Shown one piece after another: positions 1 to 10,009 of a DNA stretch of 49,537 nucleotides. The notes below the pieces were generated by a model, which worked only from the letters and a program-made list of their open reading frames with translations, did no database searches and had not been told where the DNA came from. The translations under genes were made by a program, and so were the position numbers. Source of the stretch: Candidatus Thorarchaeota archaeon (GTDB lineage: Archaea > Asgardarchaeota > Thorarchaeia > Thorarchaeales > Thorarchaeaceae); assembly GCA_048884785.1 (NCBI GenBank), contig JBHLQM010000020.1:1-49537 (forward strand), read 5' to 3'. Position 1 is the first letter of the stretch, and the number at the start of each line of letters is the position of its first letter.

Positions 1-2
1 GT

Positions 3-1295
3 ACAGGTGGTTTTGAAATAGCTATTGAATTTTCCAGAACTGGATTTGTTAGCCAAGTGACACTCTTATCATTCAATGTTGAACCTGTCAGGATTTCAGT
101 TGTGGATATCCAAGGTTTGACAGGCCTTGAGGGGCAGTTAGCAACGCTTAGTCTCCGATTGGTGGAAGCGGATACTGGGAATCCTGTTTCAGGAGCTACT
201 ATTGCTTATCAGCTCATTGTAGATCTCGTTCCCGGTAGTACCGATCTCCTACTTGAGTCGGAGTTCACGAATGGACAATACGGTGCTAGCTTTGCAATGC
301 CAGGCGCTGATTCAGAAATCAAAATTCGAATCTATATTGAACTTCAAAGTCATGTTCTAGCCGATAACTCCGAATTCTTCGAAGCAGATGTAAACCCCAC
401 AGTTAGTGAGATAACTGCACTAACAAGAACGCTCGAGCAGTACATGCCGTTTATACTTCTTGCAGGTGCTGTGTCTGTCAGCTATGCGGGACGAAAATCA
501 TACATTCGCAAGAAACGAAAGGAGAATATTGAGGCACTGGCCATCAAGCGACGTTTTGATGATGTAAGGAATATGTTAGGAGTTGTGGTTCTACACAGGG
601 TGAGCGGAATACCCGTGTATTCAAGGATGATAAGAGGAGGATTCGATGATTCTCTAATTTCAGCATTCATTACAGCTATCTCTCAATTCCGAAGGGAGTT
701 TGATGTTGACCAGAAAGAATGGGTCATAACGCCTATTTCAGACATCATAATGGCTGTTAGAACTCAGAACCTTGTTTGTGCTTTCATAACTCTTGGCAGT
801 CCAACTCCGACACAAGAGGAGAGGATGATACAGTTCGCAAGAGCTGTCGGATTTGTCTTTGACAGCGACTTTGAGGATGCACCTATCCTCACAATCGATG
901 AATTATCAGAGAAGCGCTTTGACGATCTATTCAATGAAATGCTTGATATGCACCTTCACAGAAGGCACAAGATTGTGAGTACTGGCAAGATTCCAAAGGG
1001 ACCTCGTTGCCTTTCAAAAGCTATTGATGAGCTTAAGAAGATTGGTGCATTTAATCTTGAAGAGATGGCTAACAGGATGGCCACCTGTGGTATTGAAGAA
1101 GCAAGAGTCTACAAGATCATCATGGATGCCATCGAGCACAAGGATTTGATACCGGTTGATGATATTGATTCAATTCCGGATGATAAAAGCTCACCAAGTA
1201 TGGACGCTCTTATCGATGGAGTTACCGAACCAACTGATAAGGATGAAATGAAATCATCAGATATCGATGATTTGTCCAAGCGTGACATTGAATAG
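3..1295 (+). CDS. C-terminal part (5'-truncated) of a large single-pass membrane protein: extracellular beta-rich domain, TM helix, cytoplasmic longin-like domain, wHTH-like C-terminal region
   Basis: The frame is open back to position 3 (TGGFEIAIEFSRTGF...), so the start lies upstream of the window. TM segment MPFILLAGAVSVSYA is followed by basic RKSYIRKKRK. The cytoplasmic part MLGVVVLHRVSGIPVYSR...DDSLISAFITAISQF has the longin-type pattern (strand-strand-G-x-P-hydrophobic, then helix). Confidence 0.7.
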   Translation, partial: TGGFEIAIEFSRTGFVSQVTLLSFNVEPVRISVVDIQGLTGLEGQLATLSLRLVEADTGNPVSGATIAYQLIVDLVPGSTDLLLESEFTNGQYGASFAMPGADSEIKIRIYIELQSHVLADNSEFFEADVNPTVSEITALTRTLEQYMPFILLAGAVSVSYAGRKSYIRKKRKENIEALAIKRRFDDVRNMLGVVVLHRVSGIPVYSRMIRGGFDDSLISAFITAISQFRREFDVDQKEWVITPISDIIMAVRTQNLVCAFITLGSPTPTQEERMIQFARAVGFVFDSDFEDAPILTIDELSEKRFDDLFNEMLDMHLHRRHKIVSTGKIPKGPRCLSKAIDELKKIGAFNLEEMANRMATCGIEEARVYKIIMDAIEHKDLIPVDDIDSIPDDKSSPSMDALIDGVTEPTDKDEMKSSDIDDLSKRDIE

Positions 1296-1335
1296 TAGGC
1301 AACTTACCAGTCAGGATACTCAATCCGGAGGATCT

Positions 1336-2040
1336 ATGTTGGGTACAAAGAATGAGTGGGAAACAAAAGACTGGCTTCATAGTGCAAGAAAACTGGTTGA
1401 ATGGGCTTCAGAAACACAGACGGATAGTCGAATCATGCTTTTAGTAAGACATTCACATAGAGAAGAGATTGAAGATCATTCGGCTCAGTTAAGTACTGAG
1501 CTTACACCTCTTGGAATCCTTATGTCCACAGAGATGGGCAGAAGATTACCTGCCGGGAGGAAGACTCACATCTTCTTTAGTTTCGTTTCGAGGTGCTATC
1601 AGACAGCGGAGGAGATTGGGAACGGAATAGTCGAGAAAGGTGGGAGGATAGATGAAATGGACTATCTGCCTGTATTGTCGAGTCCAATGGTAAATGATGA
1701 CAGGTTTTGGAATGGACTTCAGCCTGATGGCAAGAATATCACTGATTTTGTAAATAACTGGGGCCAGGGAGTTTATGGAGAATATGTTGAACCATTTGAT
1801 GCCTATGGAATGAGACTCTTGAATGACACAATAGAGCGTCTCCGAGGGGCAGCACCGGGCACGATGCACATTCATATCACACATGATCTCGCACTTATGG
1901 CAGCGAAAAGGATACTGCTTGGCAGAGCGGTTGGATCGCAAGATAGGGAACCGTTTCTTGGTGGTATAGGCATTATCATCACCGGGAATCAAACACAGAT
2001 GTATAATGCGGGAAGCGTTCACGATCTTGATTCTATTTGA
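1336..2040 (+). CDS. Histidine phosphatase (phosphoglycerate mutase-like) family protein
   Basis: LLVRHS catalytic motif, RCYQTA, and distal HITHD. GGAGG RBS precedes the ATG at 1336. Confidence 0.75.
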   Translation: MLGTKNEWETKDWLHSARKLVEWASETQTDSRIMLLVRHSHREEIEDHSAQLSTELTPLGILMSTEMGRRLPAGRKTHIFFSFVSRCYQTAEEIGNGIVEKGGRIDEMDYLPVLSSPMVNDDRFWNGLQPDGKNITDFVNNWGQGVYGEYVEPFDAYGMRLLNDTIERLRGAAPGTMHIHITHDLALMAAKRILLGRAVGSQDREPFLGGIGIIITGNQTQMYNAGSVHDLDSI

Positions 2041-2156
2041 ATCGGAATTCTAGCAATCATGCAATACCTTGTTTCATCGATGATCTTGCACTCTATTTCT
2101 GACTGCATATGCATACTGGGTGTGTACATACCCAATGAATAATAATTGGAAATGTA

Positions 2157-2639
2157 ATGGCATCGCGAATGAGTGAAATGAGTCTTCTTCAGGACCTCAA
2201 GAGCTGGCTATGGATTGGCAAATACTGGATTCCAATCTATGGATTACTCTTACTATTCGGTATTGTAGTTGGAACTGCATTAGAACCTTTCATGTACTGG
2301 TGGGTATTTCTTTTGGGCGTACCTCTTCTGGTGATACCAGTTACCTATCGCAATTTAGTGGGCGGCGGATGCAACCTGAAGTATCAGATTTGTGCACTTG
2401 TAAAAGGTGCTATGGCGGGGCTTGTCCTTCTTACACTGACAATATTGATGGATGCTTATGTCTGGTCGTTTCTTCAATCGATTGTGGGCTGGAATCCAGT
2501 GAATTTGGGAGGAGTTTCATTGGCTTTCTATCAAATCTGGTTCTATTCTGGATTGATTGGCGGTTTTGGAGCTCGCATTGTGGAAGTCAAATCAATGAAA
2601 CAAGTCAACATTGCAATAGCTGGATTTGAGGAACAATGA
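2157..2639 (+). CDS. Hypothetical membrane protein (about 4 TM)
   Basis: Hydrophobic segments; stop overlaps the next start (ATGA). Confidence 0.6.
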   Translation: MASRMSEMSLLQDLKSWLWIGKYWIPIYGLLLLFGIVVGTALEPFMYWWVFLLGVPLLVIPVTYRNLVGGGCNLKYQICALVKGAMAGLVLLTLTILMDAYVWSFLQSIVGWNPVNLGGVSLAFYQIWFYSGLIGGFGARIVEVKSMKQVNIAIAGFEEQ

Positions 2640-3145
2640 AGACCGTGGTAGTGTTGGCAATGCATGGGACACCTCCAAAAGGGTTTCCTGAAGATGAAAT
2701 TTCCGAGCTGTTTCGCCTCCATTCTGCTATTGAGCGTATGCCATTGGATGCAGACAATCCTATGAAAGCCCGCTATCAAGAGCTTGATTCAAAAATACGA
2801 AGTTTCAAACGAACTCCAAGCAACGATCCATATTGGGATGCATCCAGTAGGTTGGCGGAAGCTCTATCGAAATCCTTGAGATGGGAAGTCATAGTCGGTT
2901 TCAATGAGTTCTGTGCACCATCAATTGAAACAGCTCTTGATGAGGCTGCGAGCGGCAATCCAGACAGAATCATTGTTGTAACTCCGATGATGACTCCTGG
3001 CGGTGAGCATTCAGAGATTGATATACCTAAGGCCATAGAGAAATCTAAAGAGAGGAGTCCCAACATAGACATCATCTACGCATGGCCATTTGACGTGAGT
3101 CAGGTTGCCGATTTTCTCGCACTTCAGATAAAGAACCATCTCTGA
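2636..3145 (+). CDS. cbiX: Sirohydrochlorin chelatase CbiX/SirB family (short form)
   Basis: VVLAMHG, GFNEFCAPSI and PMMTPGGEHSEIDIP motifs. Confidence 0.8.
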   Translation: MKTVVVLAMHGTPPKGFPEDEISELFRLHSAIERMPLDADNPMKARYQELDSKIRSFKRTPSNDPYWDASSRLAEALSKSLRWEVIVGFNEFCAPSIETALDEAASGNPDRIIVVTPMMTPGGEHSEIDIPKAIEKSKERSPNIDIIYAWPFDVSQVADFLALQIKNHL

Positions 3146-3159
3146 TGCATGCGCGATGC

Positions 3160-5793
3160 CTACCTCCCTTGGGAGTCTAATAATGCCTTTAGGTTATCCC
3201 TAGCCTTCGTATTGTTCCTATCGTGTTGAATTGCGGTTAGGAAAGCATCTTCGGCCTCAGAGAGATTTCCTAGAATAGTCAATATCTCACCAAGATTGCA
3301 CCATGCCTCAGAGTAGTCTATCTTCTGTTGGATGGCAGTTCTAAACGCCTCTTCAGCCTCCTTATGGCTGCCCATTTGTACTAGAGTTTCACCAAGATCA
3401 TTCCACCCAACTGGATTATTCGGGCTTAGGTTTACGGCCATGCGCAGAGCCTCATACGCTTCCTTCATCATGCCCATTTCTTTCTGAAGATATCCTAGCT
3501 TAATCCAAGCCTCTGAGGAGTTTGGATCCCTTTCGGTTGCGGATTTGTAGGCTTTCGCAGCATCTTTGGCTCTTCCAAGATGCTCAAGCAAAGTACCAAG
3601 TTCAAACCAAATTGTGTGGTCATCAGGTCGAAGCTCAATTGCTTTTCGAATTGCACTTTCTGCCTCATCAACCCGACCAAGGTCTTCCAATACTTCTCCA
3701 AGAAGAATCCAAGTCTTCACCACATGCGGGGATCCCTCTAGGGCTTTCCTGAAGGCCTTTTCGGCCTCCTCAAGATTACCCCTCATCTTCAGAAGAATTC
3801 CAAGATTGCCCCAAGCAAGTGGATAATTTTCTCGGAGCTCAATTGCAGTTCTCAAGGCCTTTTCGCCCTCATCATGTTTGTCAACTTGAATAAGCAAGGC
3901 TCCTAGATTACACCAAGCCTCGGGATTTGATGCTCCGTGGTGGGTTGATTCTCTTAATGCATCTTCGGCCTCTTTTAGTCGGCCTTGACTCAAAAATAGA
4001 GATCCCAATCTTCTCCATGCCTTTGCATTATTAGGGTCGATTCTCACGGCCGAGCGAAGCACCTTTAGGGCTTCATCTAACCTATCTGATTTTGCCAGTA
4101 ATGTTCCAAGATTGGACCATGCAACACCAAGTGCAGGATCGAGTTCGATAGATTTTCTAAAGGCTTTCTCAGCGTCTTCAACTCGGCCCATCTCTTGAAA
4201 TGTTAACCCGAGCTTATCCCATACTTCCGCGTAGTCAGGGTTCAAATTGAGAGCTTTCTGGATTGCCTCTTTGCTTTCCTTCATTCTCCCAAGTCGGTAG
4301 AGCACTACAGCAAGATTTGACCAAGCCTCAATTGAGCTAGGATTGAAATCAATCGCTCTTCGAATAGTCTTCTCTGCCTTATCATAGGCGCCTTGTTTTA
4401 ACAGAACCGTCCCTAAGAGAATCCACGCATCTGAGTATTCAGGTTGTGCTTTGATTGCTGCTCTTAATGCAGACTCAGCCTCATGCATATGTCCAAGTTC
4501 TTCTAGAAGCATGCCCCATGTGTACTGGATTGCTTCTGAGTCTGGAAATTCATTTGCTGCGATTCTTAGCTTTTCTTCCGCACCAACTAGATTGCCCATT
4601 CGAACAAGTAGCATGGCAAGTCTGCTAATGGCGATTTGATGACCGGGTCTTTGCTCAAGCGCTCGTTCATAGGATTCTTCTGCCTCTCTCAGAAACCCAT
4701 CCTGTTCTTGAAGAGTACCAATTAATGCCCAAGAATCTGCATCATCTGGAATCAGATCTACTGCTCGTTTGAATGCTCTCATAGCTTTGTCGCTTCTGCC
4801 AACCTCGATTAATAGTGACCCCAAACTCTTCCATGTTTCTGCGTCCGACGGATCGAGTTTAACAGCATTTGTGTACGAGTTCGCGGATTCCTTTCTTCGC
4901 CCAGTCAACCTGAGCAAATCGCCTAGCACTCGATGCGCCTTTGAATAGATCGGGTTGCTTTTGAGCGCGGTTTTAAGTGCAGATTCACTTTCCTCATGTT
5001 TTCCTTGTTTCATAAGGAGGAGACCATATGCTGTCCATGCTTCAGCTGAATTCTGATTGGTGGATATTGCTCTCTTGATTGCCTTCTCAGCTTCAGTAAA
5101 ACCACCACTTCGCTCTAGTATCAGTCCAAGCTCACTCCAATAAACTGGGTGGTTGGGATTGATTGAAATGGATCTTCGTATTGCATCTTCCGCGTTGTCC
5201 AGTTGACCAAGCATTCGAAATATCATTCCGCTTTCAAACCATAATCGAGCATCGTCATCACCCTGAGAGTCCTCATCAGCGTTAATGGCAGATCTGTACG
5301 CATTAAGAGCGTCTTCTAAATGCCCGGATTGCTTGTAGACTTCACCCAGTGCTATCCATGCATCCGTATCTGATTCCTGAAATGATGTTGCTTTCTTCAA
5401 TACATCAATTGCATCCTTAAAACGGAGACATGCTGTTAGGGCTCGTCCAAGAGATACGAGAATTTCAAACTCATCAGGATCCAGTTTCGCAGCTTCTTCA
5501 AATGCTTCAACTGCCCCAGTATGACTGCCAATACGATACAGCAATTTCCCGAGACTGCACCAAGTCGATACATCAGAAGGATTTAGCTCCAAGATTTTCC
5601 TAAGAACAGGTTCAGTTTCATCCACACGACCCAGAGCATGAAGTACTGTCGCCAATTGGTTCCAAGCTTCAAGATAATCAGGTTTGAGACGAACCGCCTT
5701 CCTAAATGCACCTTCAGCTGCCGCGGCATCTCCACTTCTTAGTAATTCTTTGCCCTTCTCAAACCATTCATCAACAGAGTTGGGAGTAGTCAT
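3160..5793 (-). CDS. Long all-TPR protein (about 25 repeats)
   Basis: Continuous 34-aa repeats, e.g. AWxNLGxxLxxxGRxxEAExAFRKAIELxP; no catalytic domain. Confidence 0.95.
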   Translation of the reverse strand: MTTPNSVDEWFEKGKELLRSGDAAAAEGAFRKAVRLKPDYLEAWNQLATVLHALGRVDETEPVLRKILELNPSDVSTWCSLGKLLYRIGSHTGAVEAFEEAAKLDPDEFEILVSLGRALTACLRFKDAIDVLKKATSFQESDTDAWIALGEVYKQSGHLEDALNAYRSAINADEDSQGDDDARLWFESGMIFRMLGQLDNAEDAIRRSISINPNHPVYWSELGLILERSGGFTEAEKAIKRAISTNQNSAEAWTAYGLLLMKQGKHEESESALKTALKSNPIYSKAHRVLGDLLRLTGRRKESANSYTNAVKLDPSDAETWKSLGSLLIEVGRSDKAMRAFKRAVDLIPDDADSWALIGTLQEQDGFLREAEESYERALEQRPGHQIAISRLAMLLVRMGNLVGAEEKLRIAANEFPDSEAIQYTWGMLLEELGHMHEAESALRAAIKAQPEYSDAWILLGTVLLKQGAYDKAEKTIRRAIDFNPSSIEAWSNLAVVLYRLGRMKESKEAIQKALNLNPDYAEVWDKLGLTFQEMGRVEDAEKAFRKSIELDPALGVAWSNLGTLLAKSDRLDEALKVLRSAVRIDPNNAKAWRRLGSLFLSQGRLKEAEDALRESTHHGASNPEAWCNLGALLIQVDKHDEGEKALRTAIELRENYPLAWGNLGILLKMRGNLEEAEKAFRKALEGSPHVVKTWILLGEVLEDLGRVDEAESAIRKAIELRPDDHTIWFELGTLLEHLGRAKDAAKAYKSATERDPNSSEAWIKLGYLQKEMGMMKEAYEALRMAVNLSPNNPVGWNDLGETLVQMGSHKEAEEAFRTAIQQKIDYSEAWCNLGEILTILGNLSEAEDAFLTAIQHDRNNTKARDNLKALLDSQGR

Positions 5794-5981
5794 TGTAAAG
5801 CCCTCATGCCTCTCTCGGAGTAGTGAAATAACACATTCTTAGATGTTTGCCTTCCCTAAATCAAGCTTATATCAGTCAAAGAATAACAAAAAATGGACGA
5901 AGATTTCACTTCACTGTAAAACACAGGATTCCCAATCAATATGCTGTTGGTTGACGAAATCTTTGATGAGAGTTGATATTG

Positions 5982-7145
5982 ATGCCCACTATTTCACCAA
6001 CCTGTATTAGACTTAATCAGTGGAGGAAACAAGGGTATCTTGATCAAAAATTCAAGGATTTCTACGAGGTCACCAAAAACGCAATTGGGTTGCATTCCAC
6101 AGACTATTGGACGCCTTACCTTTCTGTTTGGTCACGTATAGGAGATTATGATGCAAAAAGTGTTTTTGAAGCATTAAATACTGGAAAAAGGATTGTCCGA
6201 TCCAGAGCATTTCGAAATACTCAGCATGTAGTCCTGATAGAGGATTTTGTGTTGATCACACGGGCATTAGGTCCACAGCTAGAAAGGTCAATGATTCCGG
6301 CACCACCCATCAAGAAGCTCGAAGAGCCAGAGCGAGAGAAACTGCTGAATGAACTTCTAAGTGCATTTGAAGAAGGACCAATGACTATGCAGGGACTGAA
6401 GCAAGCCTTACCACATGTAGGCGAAATGATGAGATGGCTTCTGCTCATCTTGATGGGAAGAGGGCAAGTTATACGCACTTCGGCCACTCATGCAAGGAGT
6501 ACGATACAAATGTACGACCTGACAGCCAGATGGCTCCCACGATTTTCACTCACGGATATTTCTGAAGAAGATGCAAGAGCCGAGATTCTTTTCAAATACA
6601 TCGTATCATTTGGACCTGTTACATTGGAAGATATATCATGGTGGTTACCATGCAAAAAAACTGAAGCTAAATCCCATATTGAATCACTAGATGAGAAACT
6701 GATTGTAGTAAAGATGGATGGACATACAGCATACATGAGTTCTGATGATTATGAGATGGCAACGTCAATAGATGAAAGCGTACGTCCTGGAATCACGTTA
6801 ACACCATATGAGGACTTCTTCCCCAAGGCCTACTCACACAGGCACTGGTATCTCAGCAGTCAAATGAAGGAAATTGTCTTTCCAAGAAGACCCGAGCACT
6901 ACTGGCCACCAGAAATGAAACCCCCTCCGCCAGGGCCTCCAAAAGGAATGAATGCATCTGGAGAAATGAGACCATCAATATGGGTAAATGGGAAAGTCGC
7001 AGGTCGTTGGGAGATTGAGAGAGATGGACATGTTAGTTTCGGTCTTGTTTCCAAGGTATCGCCAGATGAAAGAATGGAACTCGAAGAAAAGCGCGATAGT
7101 CTTGAAGAGTTTCTCCAGAGCAGATTGATGCCAATTTCCCAATAG
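5982..7145 (+). CDS. AlkZ/YcaQ-like (HTH_42) winged-helix DNA glycosylase family protein
   Basis: GLHSTDYWTPYLSVWSRI, FRNTQH, YIVSFGPVTLEDISWW, LTPYED and WVNGKVAGRW match the HTH_42 family layout. Confidence 0.8.
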   Translation: MPTISPTCIRLNQWRKQGYLDQKFKDFYEVTKNAIGLHSTDYWTPYLSVWSRIGDYDAKSVFEALNTGKRIVRSRAFRNTQHVVLIEDFVLITRALGPQLERSMIPAPPIKKLEEPEREKLLNELLSAFEEGPMTMQGLKQALPHVGEMMRWLLLILMGRGQVIRTSATHARSTIQMYDLTARWLPRFSLTDISEEDARAEILFKYIVSFGPVTLEDISWWLPCKKTEAKSHIESLDEKLIVVKMDGHTAYMSSDDYEMATSIDESVRPGITLTPYEDFFPKAYSHRHWYLSSQMKEIVFPRRPEHYWPPEMKPPPPGPPKGMNASGEMRPSIWVNGKVAGRWEIERDGHVSFGLVSKVSPDERMELEEKRDSLEEFLQSRLMPISQ

Positions 7146-7253
7146 CAAGTGAATCTCAGATTCTCTCCTATTGCATAGAATCAGAAGGCAATCTCTTTAG
7201 GTCGATGTGCATGAAAATATGACAGAGTTCTACTAAACAGTAATCGGAGGGCG

Positions 7254-7886
7254 ATGCGACTGGAAATCTTGTTTATTGTTTCTCTGACGGGCGCGCTGAT
7301 ACTGGTTCCATTTCACTTCTGGTCGGTGGAGCATAGAAGACTAGATGCAAGGTTTGGCTCTGAGAAGGGCCAGAAAATCGGAAAAGTTCTGGGAATAGTA
7401 TCCGGTTGGGGGTATTTCCTATTTCTATTTGGAATATGGCTATCGCCCCAGGCGATTTTCGTAGTTCCACTTCTAGATGATATTCCTGTTTTGACGCTGG
7501 AGTCATCAATCTCAGTATCTCTCGGAGATCTCATACTGGGAACACCTTTTCTTTTTCTAGGAATTTGGTTCGGTATCAAAGGTGTGCGAGACCTGGGACT
7601 TGAGGTTTCGGAAACTCATAGGGCTAAATCAGTTGTAACAACAGGGATCTATTCCAAAGTTCGGCACCCTCAGTACCTTGGAGCAATATTTTCGCATATC
7701 GGAATATCGCTCCTGCTCTCAGCATTCTATTCACTTCTTGTAACCCCAGTTCTAATTCTCAGAGACTTCATAGTGTCCAGAAAGGAAGAACAGCAAATGG
7801 AGCTTGAGTTTGGCGAGGAGTATGCAATGTATAAGAGAGAGGTCCCAATGCTGATTCCGAGGGTGCGAGTAAGTCAGAAGAGATAA
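7254..7886 (+). CDS. Isoprenylcysteine carboxyl methyltransferase/PEMT family membrane methyltransferase
   Basis: VVTTGIYSKVRHPQYLG and EE...FGEEY..YK..VP motifs. Confidence 0.85.
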   Translation: MRLEILFIVSLTGALILVPFHFWSVEHRRLDARFGSEKGQKIGKVLGIVSGWGYFLFLFGIWLSPQAIFVVPLLDDIPVLTLESSISVSLGDLILGTPFLFLGIWFGIKGVRDLGLEVSETHRAKSVVTTGIYSKVRHPQYLGAIFSHIGISLLLSAFYSLLVTPVLILRDFIVSRKEEQQMELEFGEEYAMYKREVPMLIPRVRVSQKR

Positions 7887-8128
7887 TGAAAAGGTAGCAG
7901 ACCAAGAAAAGCAAAGACTACACCAAGAACGCTGAATTTGGTTCTTTGGAACTCTCGGCCTAATGCCAAGAGAGAGCCACCAACACCTACCATCACAGAG
8001 AGTAAAACATACAGCCAAATCATTTCAATACTGGGTATTCCATATATCATGAATCTAAGTCCAAAACCTAGTGCTGAGAATATGGTTAGGTTGCGAACAA
8101 TAAAGGCTTCAATATCCGGCTTGGTCAT
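7874..8128 (-). CDS. Small hypothetical membrane protein (3 TM)
   Basis: 84-aa hydrophobic ORF that fills the intergenic gap. Confidence 0.5.
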   Translation of the reverse strand: MTKPDIEAFIVRNLTIFSALGFGLRFMIYGIPSIEMIWLYVLLSVMVGVGGSLLALGREFQRTKFSVLGVVFAFLGLLPFHYLF

Positions 8129-8236
8129 GATTCATAATTCGCTGAAATATTCCTCTTATTAGTATGGTTTGGCAGAAAATTGCTATAGAGCAATGTTTTT
8201 CCTATTCCAGAAATCCCTTCTCACTGGTGTTTTCTA

Positions 8237-9028
8237 ATGGATTTGCCTGTTGAGTCGTGGTATAAAGCCATCTTCCAGCGTCGTTCACGAAGGAAGTATA
8301 CAGGAGAAACCATTTCCGATGATATACTAAGAAGACTACAGATGGTTATTGACTCATTTAGACCCTATGCAGGAGCTAGATGTGTCCGAATTGACTCACC
8401 AGCAGAGTCCATATTCACAGGTGCATTAGGGTCATATGGAGCGGTCAGAGGTGCACCACATCTGGTTGCATTCATTGGTGAGATGGGCAATCCACATGTT
8501 CAGGCTGCAGTTGGCTATCTTGGAGAGGGCGTGATCTTAGAAGCGACCGCAAATGATGTGCAAACATGCTGGGTTGGAGGCTTCTTCAGGAAAAATCAGA
8601 TTGAAAAAGAGATTGCGTTGCATGAAGGTGAACAAGTTTTGGGAATTTCACCTTTGGGTTACGCTACGGAATCCAAAACCAAAATTGAGAGCGCAATGAG
8701 TAGAGTGCTGGGAAGCCAGAGAAGAAAGGAGATTAGTCAAATCCTACTCTTGGGCTCTGAACAACCAACTGGGAAACTCTATAGAGCAATTGAAGCGGCA
8801 AAATTGGCACCTTCTGCAGCCAACCGACAGCCATGGAGATTTATGATTGACGGCGATTCCGTGACTCTCTCAACGAAGAAGCGAAACACAATGGGCATCT
8901 CATCGAGATTAGATTGCGGAATTGCCATGCTGCACTTCGAGTTGGGTGCCAAGTATCATGGGTTAGATGGTTCATGGAGCCTAATCGATGACCCAGATAA
9001 TGTTGCTGAGTTTAGAATCAAGAGGTAA
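8237..9028 (+). CDS. Nitroreductase family protein (two-domain, TM1586-like)
   Basis: IFQRRSRRKY, TCWVGG, APSAANRQPW and DCGIAMLHF motifs. Confidence 0.85.
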   Translation: MDLPVESWYKAIFQRRSRRKYTGETISDDILRRLQMVIDSFRPYAGARCVRIDSPAESIFTGALGSYGAVRGAPHLVAFIGEMGNPHVQAAVGYLGEGVILEATANDVQTCWVGGFFRKNQIEKEIALHEGEQVLGISPLGYATESKTKIESAMSRVLGSQRRKEISQILLLGSEQPTGKLYRAIEAAKLAPSAANRQPWRFMIDGDSVTLSTKKRNTMGISSRLDCGIAMLHFELGAKYHGLDGSWSLIDDPDNVAEFRIKR

Positions 9029-9058
9029 TCAGCTAGAGCAGGTCGAGAGTAAAAAGAA

Positions 9059-9077
9059 GGGGAATGGAATATTCCCC
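9059..9077 (-). terminator. Hairpin + U-tract terminator of the 9085-9879 gene
   Basis: GGGGAAT/ATTCCCC stem, followed on the minus strand by TTCTTTTT. Confidence 0.55.
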
Positions 9078-9084
9078 ATCAAGA

Positions 9085-9879
9085 TTAGTTTTTAGCTAGG
9101 TAGAAGTCTTTCGGATTCTTCTTCATTATGAAGGGCAATAGAAGGATTGCCAAGATGATCACAATGACTGCCCCTAGAGCTGTCATATAGATGATTGAAT
9201 ATGCTGCTTGTTTCGTAGCAATACCAACCGAGGCCCAAATGACCACTAGACCATAGGCAACATCCCTTCGCTTGACAAGCATCAGCATTGTAAGAACAAG
9301 AGCGACAACAATTATCAGAGCTGTCCATAATGCCTGTGTGTCAAGAGGAATTCCAGAGAATATGATGTTGAGAGCCGATGCAATATTGGCAATTGTAGCC
9401 AATGAAATCCAACCTAGGTACACGCTTAGTGGAAGATGTACCGCAAGCTTCTCACCACGTGGCACTTCTGCGGTGCCAATTCCAACCCGAATGTATGTCC
9501 ATAATAGGATTACCAAAAACAGTCCAATCATAACAGGGGTCACTAGGAATAGAGTTGGATTACCATAAGAGAAGTGGAATAGAATTAGCCATGCGATGTT
9601 AACTATTGCACCTATGAGATATAGTGGGCCAATTGCATGCAGGTAAGATTTCTCTCTCTGACTTGATCTGACTTGGTATACCATAAAAGCAAAGATCAGT
9701 GTGTATATTGCACCCCAAATCGCAAAAACATAGCCGGGTGGTGTGAATAGATTCGGATATGCGTCTGACACTTGTCCGGTATTCACATTGTTAAATGGGA
9801 TGATATTAGCCATTGCATTGAGCAGTATTGTTCCTAAAACTGCTATCACATTCATTAACTGAAGTAGTTTAGAATTCAT
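9085..9879 (-). CDS. TspO-like (tryptophan-rich sensory) membrane protein
   Basis: VSDAYPNLFTPPGYVFAIWGAIY and SVYLGWISLATIAN motifs; about 8 TM. Confidence 0.7.
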   Translation of the reverse strand: MNSKLLQLMNVIAVLGTILLNAMANIIPFNNVNTGQVSDAYPNLFTPPGYVFAIWGAIYTLIFAFMVYQVRSSQREKSYLHAIGPLYLIGAIVNIAWLILFHFSYGNPTLFLVTPVMIGLFLVILLWTYIRVGIGTAEVPRGEKLAVHLPLSVYLGWISLATIANIASALNIIFSGIPLDTQALWTALIIVVALVLTMLMLVKRRDVAYGLVVIWASVGIATKQAAYSIIYMTALGAVIVIILAILLLPFIMKKNPKDFYLAKN

Positions 9880-10009
9880 TATAGAAACTCCCTACAAAGA
9901 TTAAAAATCAGTACTATAACCGATTGGTTTAACTATTGTTAATAAGTATATAAGCGTTACTGTGGGCGGGTTTCTAAAAAGAGAAGAAAGGGAAGAGTCA
10001 TCTCTCCCC

